Source: Candidatus Dadabacteria bacterium
Lineage (GTDB): Bacteria; Bacteroidota; Bacteroidia; Chitinophagales; Chitinophagaceae
Direction of reading: 5' to 3'
Assembly (NCBI GenBank): GCA_050259715.1
Contig: JBLNAY010000203.1
Coordinates: forward strand, 12,798-76,797
Length of the DNA stretch: 64,000 bases
Shown: one piece after another, positions 1 to 8,226 of the stretch
Position numbering within the stretch: the first letter of the stretch is position 1
Layout: each line of letters opens with the position of its first letter
Program-made: the position numbers and the translations under genes
The notes under the pieces: generated by a model
Seen by the model: only the letters and a program-made list of their open reading frames with translations
Told to the model about the DNA's origin: nothing
Databases searched by the model: none

Positions 1-157
1 AAAATGATCCACGATCAGTCCTTCGGTTCTCCATTTTATTGGCAAGAGAAATCTCGAAATCTCCCGGATACCATATCCATGTTGCTTGTTGAGAAATTGC
101 ACTATAAAAAATAGTCAAAAGGAAAAAAGTAAATGTTATTTTTTTAAGTTCTTTCAT
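1..157 (-). CDS. 5' fragment of an alpha-L-rhamnosidase (GH78, BT1001-like); runs off the window edge
   Basis: Manual translation from ATG at 157: MKELKKITFTFFLLTIFYSAISQQATWIWYPGDFEISLANKMENRRTDRGSF. Signal peptide followed by WIWYPGDxEI..N.M.NRRT.RG, which I recall as the N-terminus of BT1001-type GH78. Not in the ORF track. Confidence 0.7.
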   Translation of the reverse strand, partial: MKELKKITFTFFLLTIFYSAISQQATWIWYPGDFEISLANKMENRRTDRGSF

Positions 158-171
158 AAAGGAGTTACCGA

Positions 172-1764
172 TTAGTGTCCATTAAATAAAGAGTACAAAA
201 TCAACATGATTACAGCAAGTAAACCCCACGAAAGCCAAACGGTTTTTGTTGGTTTAGTAAGTCGTGCTGTTTCAGAATGAGTTGTATCAGCAGTCACTGC
301 ATTTCCATCCAGTAATGAAGTTATAACTGCAACAATTAACAGGAATAGAAATATATAAAAAGAAAGAAGTAAATAATGAGGCCAAAACGAATACTTGCCA
401 GGAGGAAACACCCATAAATAAACTACTCCAATTCCCAAGCTAAAGGCAGATCCGGCAGACAATACAAGGTTGACAGCTTTACGGGTAGTACGTTTCCAGA
501 AAACAGTTAGCAAAAAGACAACTGAAAGTGGCGGAGCTATAAAACCTAAGACAGATTGAAAGACATCGAAAAGGTTCAAACCCTTAATATTGTCAATAGC
601 TAATGCCATCATTATAGCAAATAAACAACCGCAAACCACGGTGATTCTTCCTGTTTTGATGATTTGGCTATTAGTAGCATCCGGGTTTATTTTTTTTGCA
701 TAAACATCAGTCGTAAAAACCGTACTTAAAGCATTCAGAGATGAGCCTATTGTTCCTACGAGTACAGCGATCAATACTACAATTACCAATCCATTCATGC
801 CGGATGGAAACAGGTTTGTTACCATAGTCATGTAGGCTTCTGTTGGATCGCTTAGTCCCGGGAAAAGAATGTAACAAAGAATGCCTGTCAGGATAAAAAG
901 AGGTAATGATAAAATCTTCAACCATCCTATAAAGCTGATTCCTAACTGTCCTTGTTCGAGGTTGCGAGCACCCAATACAGATTGTACCATGGCCTGGTCG
1001 GTACAGAAGAAAGCTATTGCTGCAACAGGGTACCCTAATAAAATTGCTGGCCATGGATACTGCGTATCTGTAGCAGGATGAATGAGATTCCAAAATTTAC
1101 CAGGGGTCCTGTGAAAGATTTCAGAAATACCGCCAACTTTCATAACTCCCATGATAGATAGAGTTAACGAAACAAGGATTAAAAGAATCATTTGAAAAAC
1201 ATTAACCCTTGCAATGGCTTTTAATCCACCTGCAAATGCAAATAAACCTGCAAATAAAACAAGAACAGTTACTGATTGCCACATCGGAATTCCCAGGATC
1301 TGCCTCACTAAGAATCCACCGGCGAATAACCCTAACGATAACCACGATATCAGTATTTTAATGAGAGCATACCATGCAAGAATTGTTTGTGTGGACTCGC
1401 CGTACCTGTTTCCCATAAACTCTGGCATCGTAGTCACGTTGGCAGCCAGGTACTTAGGAGCGAACACCACCGCCAGTAAGAACAGAAACACAAATGCATA
1501 CCAATCAAAATTAACGGCAACTATACCAGTCGTATAGCCAATACTGGCAAAAGCAAGAAGCATTGAAGGACCCACATTGGTTCCCCACATGTTAAATCCG
1601 ACACTTGGCCATTTCAATGATTTATTAGCCAGGAACAGTGATTCCCCCGTTTTCTTCTTCTTTGAAAAACTAGCCTGGTAACCTAAAACCAGTAAGATCA
1701 CCAGGTAACCGATAACAATAGCATAATCAAGAGCAGTAAGTTTCTCAATAATATTTTTTCCCAT
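172..1764 (-). CDS. Sodium:solute symporter (SSS, SGLT-like sugar transporter)
   Basis: About 14 hydrophobic segments; SLFLANKSLKW, GTNVGPS, FAGGLKAIARV and DQAMVQSVLGA motifs. Start overlaps the upstream stop (TAATG at 1762-1766). Confidence 0.9.
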   Translation of the reverse strand: MGKNIIEKLTALDYAIVIGYLVILLVLGYQASFSKKKKTGESLFLANKSLKWPSVGFNMWGTNVGPSMLLAFASIGYTTGIVAVNFDWYAFVFLFLLAVVFAPKYLAANVTTMPEFMGNRYGESTQTILAWYALIKILISWLSLGLFAGGFLVRQILGIPMWQSVTVLVLFAGLFAFAGGLKAIARVNVFQMILLILVSLTLSIMGVMKVGGISEIFHRTPGKFWNLIHPATDTQYPWPAILLGYPVAAIAFFCTDQAMVQSVLGARNLEQGQLGISFIGWLKILSLPLFILTGILCYILFPGLSDPTEAYMTMVTNLFPSGMNGLVIVVLIAVLVGTIGSSLNALSTVFTTDVYAKKINPDATNSQIIKTGRITVVCGCLFAIMMALAIDNIKGLNLFDVFQSVLGFIAPPLSVVFLLTVFWKRTTRKAVNLVLSAGSAFSLGIGVVYLWVFPPGKYSFWPHYLLLSFYIFLFLLIVAVITSLLDGNAVTADTTHSETARLTKPTKTVWLSWGLLAVIMLILYSLFNGH

Positions 1765-2858
1765 TACAAAACACCAGCTTTTTCGTGGATAATCTCTTCA
1801 AGACCATACTCTTTTAAGATATCAGCTACTTTTACCGGGGTGCCTGATTCCACTGATTTGTCCATTGATTGCAATAGAGCAATAGTTCCAATACCCTCCT
1901 TCAAATCAGGATAAGCTATAAAGTTTTGTTCAAGACTATCTGCAAAATATTCAAGATAATTCTGGTATTCTCCTGCATGATGGCTTTTCCCTTCAAAACG
2001 GAAATAATGTTTAAGCTTATGTTCCCAGGTAATGATTCGCTCCTCCCCTGTTTTATCGGTTATTGCGTAACGCAAATCCATATAATCAGCCTGGCTACAT
2101 CCTTCAGTGCATCTCAAAATGCAACTCATTTCACTATCTCTTGTCACCGGTTGCACTGGTCCTGTATAAGCACCACTAACGCGGGCTACCCTTCCGTCCT
2201 TCGCTTTAAAAATAAAATGCATTGTATCTGGATTTTTTAATCCACCTTTTCTTCCATTTGAACTCAACATGCCATATCCCATCACCTCCTCAATACCGGG
2301 TAGATACCATCTTATAAAATCAGTCGGATGGCTTAACCCGCCATACAACCATTTAAATGTTTGCTGAAGAGACCAACCCTTTTCTAAAAACCATCTATGA
2401 TCTGCATGATAATATCCTTCTATTGTGATCAATTCACCAATTAAACCTGCTTCGTAATCTGCCCTTTGACGTTTCATAGGTTCAAAAAACCGGGAACTCT
2501 GGCCAACAAATACTTTCTTCCCTGTTTTCCGCTGAAGTTCCAACAGTTCCTTTCCTTTAGAAAGATCATCAATAAAGGGTTTCGTACATATAACATGTTT
2601 ATCGTGAAGTAAAGCTTGTTTCACATGTTCAGCATGCAAGTGATCAGGTGTGTATATCGCAATAACATCGATGTGCGGATCGTCAAGCAAATCCTGGTAA
2701 CGGGTTGTGTAATTATGAAAATCAAATTCCTTTTCCCTCTTTTTACATAATTCTTCTTTGACATCACAAATGCTGCGCAATTCATATTTTTTACTCGCCA
2801 GCGCAGCAGACATGGTACTTCTTCCTTCACCTAATCCCAATATTCCTAATCTTAACAT
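1764..2858 (-). CDS. Gfo/Idh/MocA family NAD(P)-dependent oxidoreductase (cytoplasmic)
   Basis: N-terminal Rossmann LGILGLG, DVIAIYTPDHLHAEHVKQAL, HVICTKP (variant of CEKP), GQSSRF. No signal peptide. Confidence 0.88.
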   Translation of the reverse strand: MLRLGILGLGEGRSTMSAALASKKYELRSICDVKEELCKKREKEFDFHNYTTRYQDLLDDPHIDVIAIYTPDHLHAEHVKQALLHDKHVICTKPFIDDLSKGKELLELQRKTGKKVFVGQSSRFFEPMKRQRADYEAGLIGELITIEGYYHADHRWFLEKGWSLQQTFKWLYGGLSHPTDFIRWYLPGIEEVMGYGMLSSNGRKGGLKNPDTMHFIFKAKDGRVARVSGAYTGPVQPVTRDSEMSCILRCTEGCSQADYMDLRYAITDKTGEERIITWEHKLKHYFRFEGKSHHAGEYQNYLEYFADSLEQNFIAYPDLKEGIGTIALLQSMDKSVESGTPVKVADILKEYGLEEIIHEKAGVL

Positions 2859-2934
2859 ACTTCCCTTATTTGGATTTAATTATAACATGTATAGATTTTA
2901 ATATGCCTCCTCGAAAATCAATGTCGTCCGATGA

Positions 2935-5445
2935 TTACTCTACCTTTTGTAAAGACACCCACACTTCACCTTTTTTTGTGCCTTCAATTCCTTCCTGGTA
3001 TTTCTTCATTCTGTTATTCCAATCATCAACCCTGGGATTATTTTCTGTTGTTCTTGGATTCAATTCTGCCAGTGATGATCCTTTCGGGATACTAATTACT
3101 AACATCAACTGCCTTCCACTCCGGTAAACAAGTAATTGTTGAAAATCTGCATTACAGAATCCTTTAGATACTTCAGGCCATTTTTCAAATTGGTGTGCAT
3201 GATAATTCATATACTCATCTTGCAATACGGGATTTGAAACCAGGTTTGCTGTAAGCAGCACATGGTCCCACTGCCTGGCTGTGGAACTGTCCTTGCAAAA
3301 GGTTCGGTTAAATTCATAAAATGGATCGTAATACACTTTTGAGGTAGAACCGGGAAAAGCATTTTGAATTTTATTTCTTAGTTGCCCAGGATCTTTTATT
3401 TTATCAAAAACCACATAATGGTTTTGCCATTGGTATAAACTTCCCGCAGTTATGTTATTGTCCGAGAGTAATTTTTTGAATTCAGTAATATTGATTCCGG
3501 ACTTCCCTGAAATAAATTCTATGACTACGGCTAATTCATGATTTATTTGATGTCCTTTACTAACGTATTGTTTCTGATTTAATAAATGCCGGTATTGTGA
3601 CTGTAGCCCGGCGGAATCCTTTATACTAGCAGATACTGTAGGCCCATTATTCTGCCAGGCGTTACCCGGTCCATTTGCATTTTGTAAATACTTCAGAGTG
3701 GGAGTCCAGTTGTTCTTTACTGTTATACCTGAAGATCCTTCATCGGTGTACAGGTAAAACCAATGATATGGCAAATGAGCGTAAGGAGCTTTATATATGC
3801 TATCAATATAATTTTCTGAAATGATAGTACCCGGCTGTGCACTCAATGTATAAATTCCCGCAACATCATAAAGCTGTCTACCATATCTATGGATCTTGTT
3901 GGCAACTATCCTGTTATTCTTCATGATGTTATAGGACTGTGTCCATCCCCAGCCAAGAGAAATGCCAGTGTAGGGAACCTCTGAGACATCATTATGTTCA
4001 ATAGTCACATCCTTCACATAACCTGCTCCAATCGCAACACAACCCCAATCCTCATTCGCTACATCATTCACCAGGTTATTGGCAATTGATAATCCTGAAC
4101 ATACATCCCTGTCGTCAGAAGGTTTATAAGGTAAGTGCGCTTCTGTGGATTCATCAGAAAAGATTCCAGTCAATATGGCTGTTCCACCAATGTCCTGGAA
4201 GGTATTGCCTAAAATGGAAGAAGAATTGACGCCCTTATAATAGTCCAATGCCGTTGATCCCAGGTGATTGAAACTGCAATTTTCAACATTACAGTTCGAT
4301 GCATAGTTGACTGTAAAAGCTGCAATGGGACGGCCCACCCACGCCTGGTTCTCCAGGGTTTTCTTATCCAGAGTTCCCGGGATCTTCAATTTGTAAGCAT
4401 CCAATAAGTACATACCTGCTTGTAATGGCACATGTCCTTTAACAGATGGCCGCAACCACGATGTATGTTGAAATGAAATGTTTTTGAAATTCACATTTTT
4501 TACCGGGTGATCTGGATTGCCTTCAATTTTCACCAGCTGTTCTAATACAGGTGCTACAACAACTGCATCATTCATGTTTTCACCATCTAATGGCCAGTAA
4601 TAAATCTTACCAGCTTTTTTATCCAAATACCACTCTCCCGGTTGATCAAGAAACTGAATAGCATTCGAAAGGTAAAAAGCTGAATTGCCTGTTTCTTTTG
4701 ATATCCACGGAGAAGGCCATGGATGTTCGGATTCAATCCTGCTTTCCGGTTGGTAAAAAGAAAGAAGGGCACTATCGCCATGCACTTCTAATTTCCTGAC
4801 CCGTAAAATAGCAATAGCCCACCATTGATGAATAAACATCTCCAGACCAGTTACACCTGTTACATTCACTGAAGGTTTAGGAATCCAGAACTGCTGGCTT
4901 TTCTTGTTCCAGGATAGTATGCGGTACATGCTATCAGCATTTTTGTCACGCGCTCTTATTGCCTTCTTGTCATTTACCCATAATTCCCGAAAATTTAGAA
5001 TATCATTGCCGACTATAGGAGCATTTGCTACCCACACCTTACTTAGTGCTTTCTTTGGCAAACCATTGATTGGCTTAATAACTTTTTTCCACTCCCGTAT
5101 TTTTTCTCCGCCACTGAACACAACATGCTCACCTGCAGCTGCCATGATGTTTGTAGGACTATCGTCAGTACCTGAATCTTCTGGACGAATGAACAATGAC
5201 TCAGAAAATGAATACGATCCGCCTGAAACAATGATATCAATTCCGTTCTTGATGGAAGGCTCATTCAGACGACGCAGTTCCCTTGCTTTTCTTAATGCCA
5301 TTGCAACAGAAGCGACGGGTTTTTCTTTACTGCCGCTATTTTGATCTGAGCCGTTTATGGCAACATATATCTGAGCACTAACTCCAAACGGTAGTAAATT
5401 TATTAAAAGTAGAAATGAAAGAAGATATCTAAAATAATTAAACAT
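2935..5445 (-). CDS. GH141-like right-handed beta-helix glycosidase (BT1002-type alpha-L-fucosidase) with a C-terminal L-rhamnose/fucose mutarotase-like domain
   Basis: Signal peptide; IYVAINGSDQNSGSKEKP start; beta-helix repeats; GISLGWGW, AGIYTLSAQPGT and LYTDEGSS motifs. The C-terminal ~112 aa carry EYMNYH...WPEV...W..RMKKYQ, as in RhaM-type mutarotases. Confidence 0.75.
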   Translation of the reverse strand: MFNYFRYLLSFLLLINLLPFGVSAQIYVAINGSDQNSGSKEKPVASVAMALRKARELRRLNEPSIKNGIDIIVSGGSYSFSESLFIRPEDSGTDDSPTNIMAAAGEHVVFSGGEKIREWKKVIKPINGLPKKALSKVWVANAPIVGNDILNFRELWVNDKKAIRARDKNADSMYRILSWNKKSQQFWIPKPSVNVTGVTGLEMFIHQWWAIAILRVRKLEVHGDSALLSFYQPESRIESEHPWPSPWISKETGNSAFYLSNAIQFLDQPGEWYLDKKAGKIYYWPLDGENMNDAVVVAPVLEQLVKIEGNPDHPVKNVNFKNISFQHTSWLRPSVKGHVPLQAGMYLLDAYKLKIPGTLDKKTLENQAWVGRPIAAFTVNYASNCNVENCSFNHLGSTALDYYKGVNSSSILGNTFQDIGGTAILTGIFSDESTEAHLPYKPSDDRDVCSGLSIANNLVNDVANEDWGCVAIGAGYVKDVTIEHNDVSEVPYTGISLGWGWTQSYNIMKNNRIVANKIHRYGRQLYDVAGIYTLSAQPGTIISENYIDSIYKAPYAHLPYHWFYLYTDEGSSGITVKNNWTPTLKYLQNANGPGNAWQNNGPTVSASIKDSAGLQSQYRHLLNQKQYVSKGHQINHELAVVIEFISGKSGINITEFKKLLSDNNITAGSLYQWQNHYVVFDKIKDPGQLRNKIQNAFPGSTSKVYYDPFYEFNRTFCKDSSTARQWDHVLLTANLVSNPVLQDEYMNYHAHQFEKWPEVSKGFCNADFQQLLVYRSGRQLMLVISIPKGSSLAELNPRTTENNPRVDDWNNRMKKYQEGIEGTKKGEVWVSLQKVE

Positions 5446-5449
5446 TCGG

Positions 5450-6370
5450 CTAAAGCTGCCCCCTTTCAGTTGATGTTTTTAAGTTAGAAACCTGGAAAAT
5501 CGATTTTACATAAGCGGTGTTAGCTCCAAAATTCTTCTTTACATTTCGTGGGTCCTTTGCATCTCGTGAACGTTCAATTACGAGCCAACCACTCCAGTGC
5601 ATCTTATCAAGAGTTCTTTTAACACTCTTCATATCTAACCTCGTATTATCCTGGAGCAACACTCCATCATCATCTGTACAATGAATTTGAACTATGTATT
5701 TCTTACCTAATGTCTTTAACTCTTTATTCAAATTGCGTCCATTCTTGAGTGCATTGGAAAAATTGAAATAACTTTTAATGGCCGCACTGCCGACATGCTG
5801 CAGCAACTTTTTTTCATTCTTTGCATCCAACGCAGTCTCTATCCCAATGATAACTCCAGCTTTTTCAGCTAAATGGCCTGCCACTTTTAGACGGCTAATA
5901 ACAGAATCGCATAACTCCGGTCTCTTTACAAGATCACATTGAACACCCAATGGAAGAAAAGCAATTTTCACATTCATCAACTGCATTGTTTTTATGCAAT
6001 CTTCTACCGACTGAATGAATTCAGCTCTTTGACAAAACGATTGAGCATAATAACCGGTCATTGCCAGTGAAGGAATTTCTAAGTTAAGTTGTTTTGCTGT
6101 TGATAAGAATTGCTGCCTAACTGAATCATTAAGTAACTGGTTATCGAATGTTGGCCTGTTTCCTAAGCTACCCATATCAACTTCGACTCCGTCAGCGCCT
6201 ATTTGTTTTGTTAACGGGAATGCACCTAATTTCTGGCGCTTTAGTATCATAATATCTACTACAGCAACTTTGTACTGCTGTTCTTCTATTACCCGATTGT
6301 GTTGCGCAAATGAATTAATTTCCAACAGGGTAATGCAAGCAACGAGGACGAAATCTTTCAATAATCGCAT
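5450..6370 (-). CDS. Secreted xylose-isomerase-like TIM-barrel protein (AP_endonuc_2 / sugar phosphate isomerase-epimerase family)
   Basis: N-terminal signal peptide; GADGVEV, IGIET, QIHCTD and GWLVIER metal-site motifs typical of this fold. Confidence 0.8.
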   Translation of the reverse strand: MRLLKDFVLVACITLLEINSFAQHNRVIEEQQYKVAVVDIMILKRQKLGAFPLTKQIGADGVEVDMGSLGNRPTFDNQLLNDSVRQQFLSTAKQLNLEIPSLAMTGYYAQSFCQRAEFIQSVEDCIKTMQLMNVKIAFLPLGVQCDLVKRPELCDSVISRLKVAGHLAEKAGVIIGIETALDAKNEKKLLQHVGSAAIKSYFNFSNALKNGRNLNKELKTLGKKYIVQIHCTDDDGVLLQDNTRLDMKSVKRTLDKMHWSGWLVIERSRDAKDPRNVKKNFGANTAYVKSIFQVSNLKTSTERGQL

Positions 6371-6381
6371 TACTTACCTTT

Positions 6382-7818
6382 TTAGAATTGAACATTCTTT
6401 TTAAATACATTGGCAATTGTATCAAAACCTTTAAGTGCATTGGAAGGCAGCGATTCGCCCCGACTTCCAAATACTTTCAATGCATCATCTTTCTCAATAG
6501 TTACTCCGGATTCATCAAATTCACCTTTATTATTCATGACTTTTCCTACCGGCAAATGGAATTGCCCTGCAATAAAAGAATACATTGCCTTTCTTTTCGA
6601 AAGACCATAATCATGTCCTTCAGCTGCAAGATGCACATTCTGAACAAGGTCTGGGTCGTTATAAAATCCATATATTCTTTTCAGAAATGGCAATTCATTT
6701 TCTGGTACATGTTGCGTCCAGTCTTTCCCATCAGAAATGACTAACTGCGGTCTTGGTGCTGCCATCGAAGCAATTTCAACATTATTGGTACCGCCGCCAC
6801 ATAAATGAATTCCCATTCCACTTTCACAAGGACACCCACCACTGTGGTACGATGAAAGCATAGCCACAGGCACTGATAAGGTAATCCGGTTATCAATGGC
6901 TGTCATTAGCATAGTCTGGCTTCCTCCACCTGAGGCGCCGGTTATTGCAACACGAGTCGGATCAGCATCTTTAATAGTAAGCAGGTAATCCAAAATTCTT
7001 TCAGTATTTAATACTTGTATACTCTGTACCAAACTACGCCGGTGATCTTTTGGATCCACTTGTAAAACCGACTCCCCCTCCCAACCAAACAGGTCGTAGC
7101 TACATGCAATAGCTCCCATTTTTGCCTCCATTGCGCATCTATATTGACAATCTTCACGAAACCGACCTCTTGAAAAGTGCCCATCAGGATTCAGGATGAC
7201 AGGCAGTTTCCCTGTTGCTTTTAATGGCTTGTAAATCGAGCCACAAGCATATAAACCAGGTAAGGTTTCAATGGCAAAATTTTGAACCGTATAATTGCTA
7301 AACTTTCGAATTGATGTTACAATTGGCTTTGAATTAGGCCTTGCGGGGATAGGAGTTAGTTTTAAAGCAGTTAAAAAACAGCGCCTCAGTGAGTCTCTTC
7401 TTTTTTCCCAACTTATCCTATCTGCATATAGTTTGGAAAGCGCTATCATTTGCTCTTTTCCTTCTTCAACCGTTTTTAAATGATACTGGTATGCCTGCAG
7501 CTTATATTTTTTGTCTCCCTCTTTTGCAAATGTCAGATCCTGTGAAGCAAGGACGTTCATTAATGTAGCATCCAGTGCAGGACGATATCTCCATTTAGCA
7601 TAAGTAACCCATTTGTTATGCACCAGGTCTTCAGAATACCTGATTGTAACACCAAATGTTGCCTGTATATCCTTTATTACTTCTTCTAAAGGGAGGTTAA
7701 ATGCGTCATCAGAGGTTTGGGAAAAGGTGACATTTGAAACTATTATAAAGCAGATCAGCAGCAGATTTCTTACAACGAAATGGATAAATTTGTTTTTATT
7801 AGATAATGGATGGGGCAT
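6382..7818 (-). CDS. Alpha/beta-hydrolase carbohydrate esterase, CE19/BT1017-like pectin (RG-II) methylesterase, with a small N-terminal STN/DUF4974-like domain
   Basis: Signal peptide; nucleophile elbow GASGGG (Ser296); candidate acid in ISDGKDW and His402 in EGHDYG; Cys cluster GGCPC...HLC. Confidence 0.7.
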   Translation of the reverse strand: MPHPLSNKNKFIHFVVRNLLLICFIIVSNVTFSQTSDDAFNLPLEEVIKDIQATFGVTIRYSEDLVHNKWVTYAKWRYRPALDATLMNVLASQDLTFAKEGDKKYKLQAYQYHLKTVEEGKEQMIALSKLYADRISWEKRRDSLRRCFLTALKLTPIPARPNSKPIVTSIRKFSNYTVQNFAIETLPGLYACGSIYKPLKATGKLPVILNPDGHFSRGRFREDCQYRCAMEAKMGAIACSYDLFGWEGESVLQVDPKDHRRSLVQSIQVLNTERILDYLLTIKDADPTRVAITGASGGGSQTMLMTAIDNRITLSVPVAMLSSYHSGGCPCESGMGIHLCGGGTNNVEIASMAAPRPQLVISDGKDWTQHVPENELPFLKRIYGFYNDPDLVQNVHLAAEGHDYGLSKRKAMYSFIAGQFHLPVGKVMNNKGEFDESGVTIEKDDALKVFGSRGESLPSNALKGFDTIANVFKKNVQF

Positions 7819-7877
7819 ATAGCTGATAAAAGAAAAGGAATCTTAATCTAAGCTCAAAATAGAACATTGAAAAACTA

Positions 7878-7896
7878 AACTGTCCTGAACTGTCAT
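7878..7896 (-). promoter_or_regulatory. Candidate regulator-binding or promoter motif, copy 1 (minus strand ATGACAGTTCAGGACAGTT)
   Basis: 18/19 identical to 40306-40324; internal direct repeat ACTGTC at 10-bp period; 60 bp upstream of the esterase start. Confidence 0.5.
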
Positions 7897-8014
7897 TAAT
7901 TAACTAATACAAAGAAAACACTGCTTTCCGGGATAAACACCTTCCAAATACCGCATCTCAAATCCTCTGTAGTTCGCATCTATAGACTTCGTATATGGAT
8001 AAAAAGGAGTAAGA

Positions 8015-8111
8015 ATGAAGTCTGTATTGAGTTTGCAGGGGGTAAAGCCGTTCAAACTCCATACTAACTCCATGCAAACCCCATACTATCTTCATGATAA
8101 CCCTATAGTTC
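8015..8111. repeat. Intergenic 11-bp-periodic hairpin element, copy A
   Basis: Units GTATTGAGTTT|GCAGGGGGTAA|AGCCGTTCAAA|CTCCATACTAA|CTCCATGCAAA|CCCCATACTAT|CTTCATGATAA from 8024. Imperfect inverted repeat 8015-8042 / 8068-8095 (21/28). The 25-bp core 8029-8053 matches 42986-43010 at 24/25. Confidence 0.85.
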
Positions 8112-8226
8112 TTATTGGTTTGAGGAACTTTACTATTCTCTTATATAGACGGACCTGGAGGTCAGAAAATCGAAACATATAGAATTACCCTCGTGAACTG
8201 AACTTCTTTGTCTAAACTTCGAAAAT

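Noticed and set aside
7819-8226. Possible ncRNA, small gene or pseudogene in the largest (408-bp) gap
   Set aside because: No ORF of note or recognisable RNA family; the gap is accounted for by the repeat and the candidate promoter motif.
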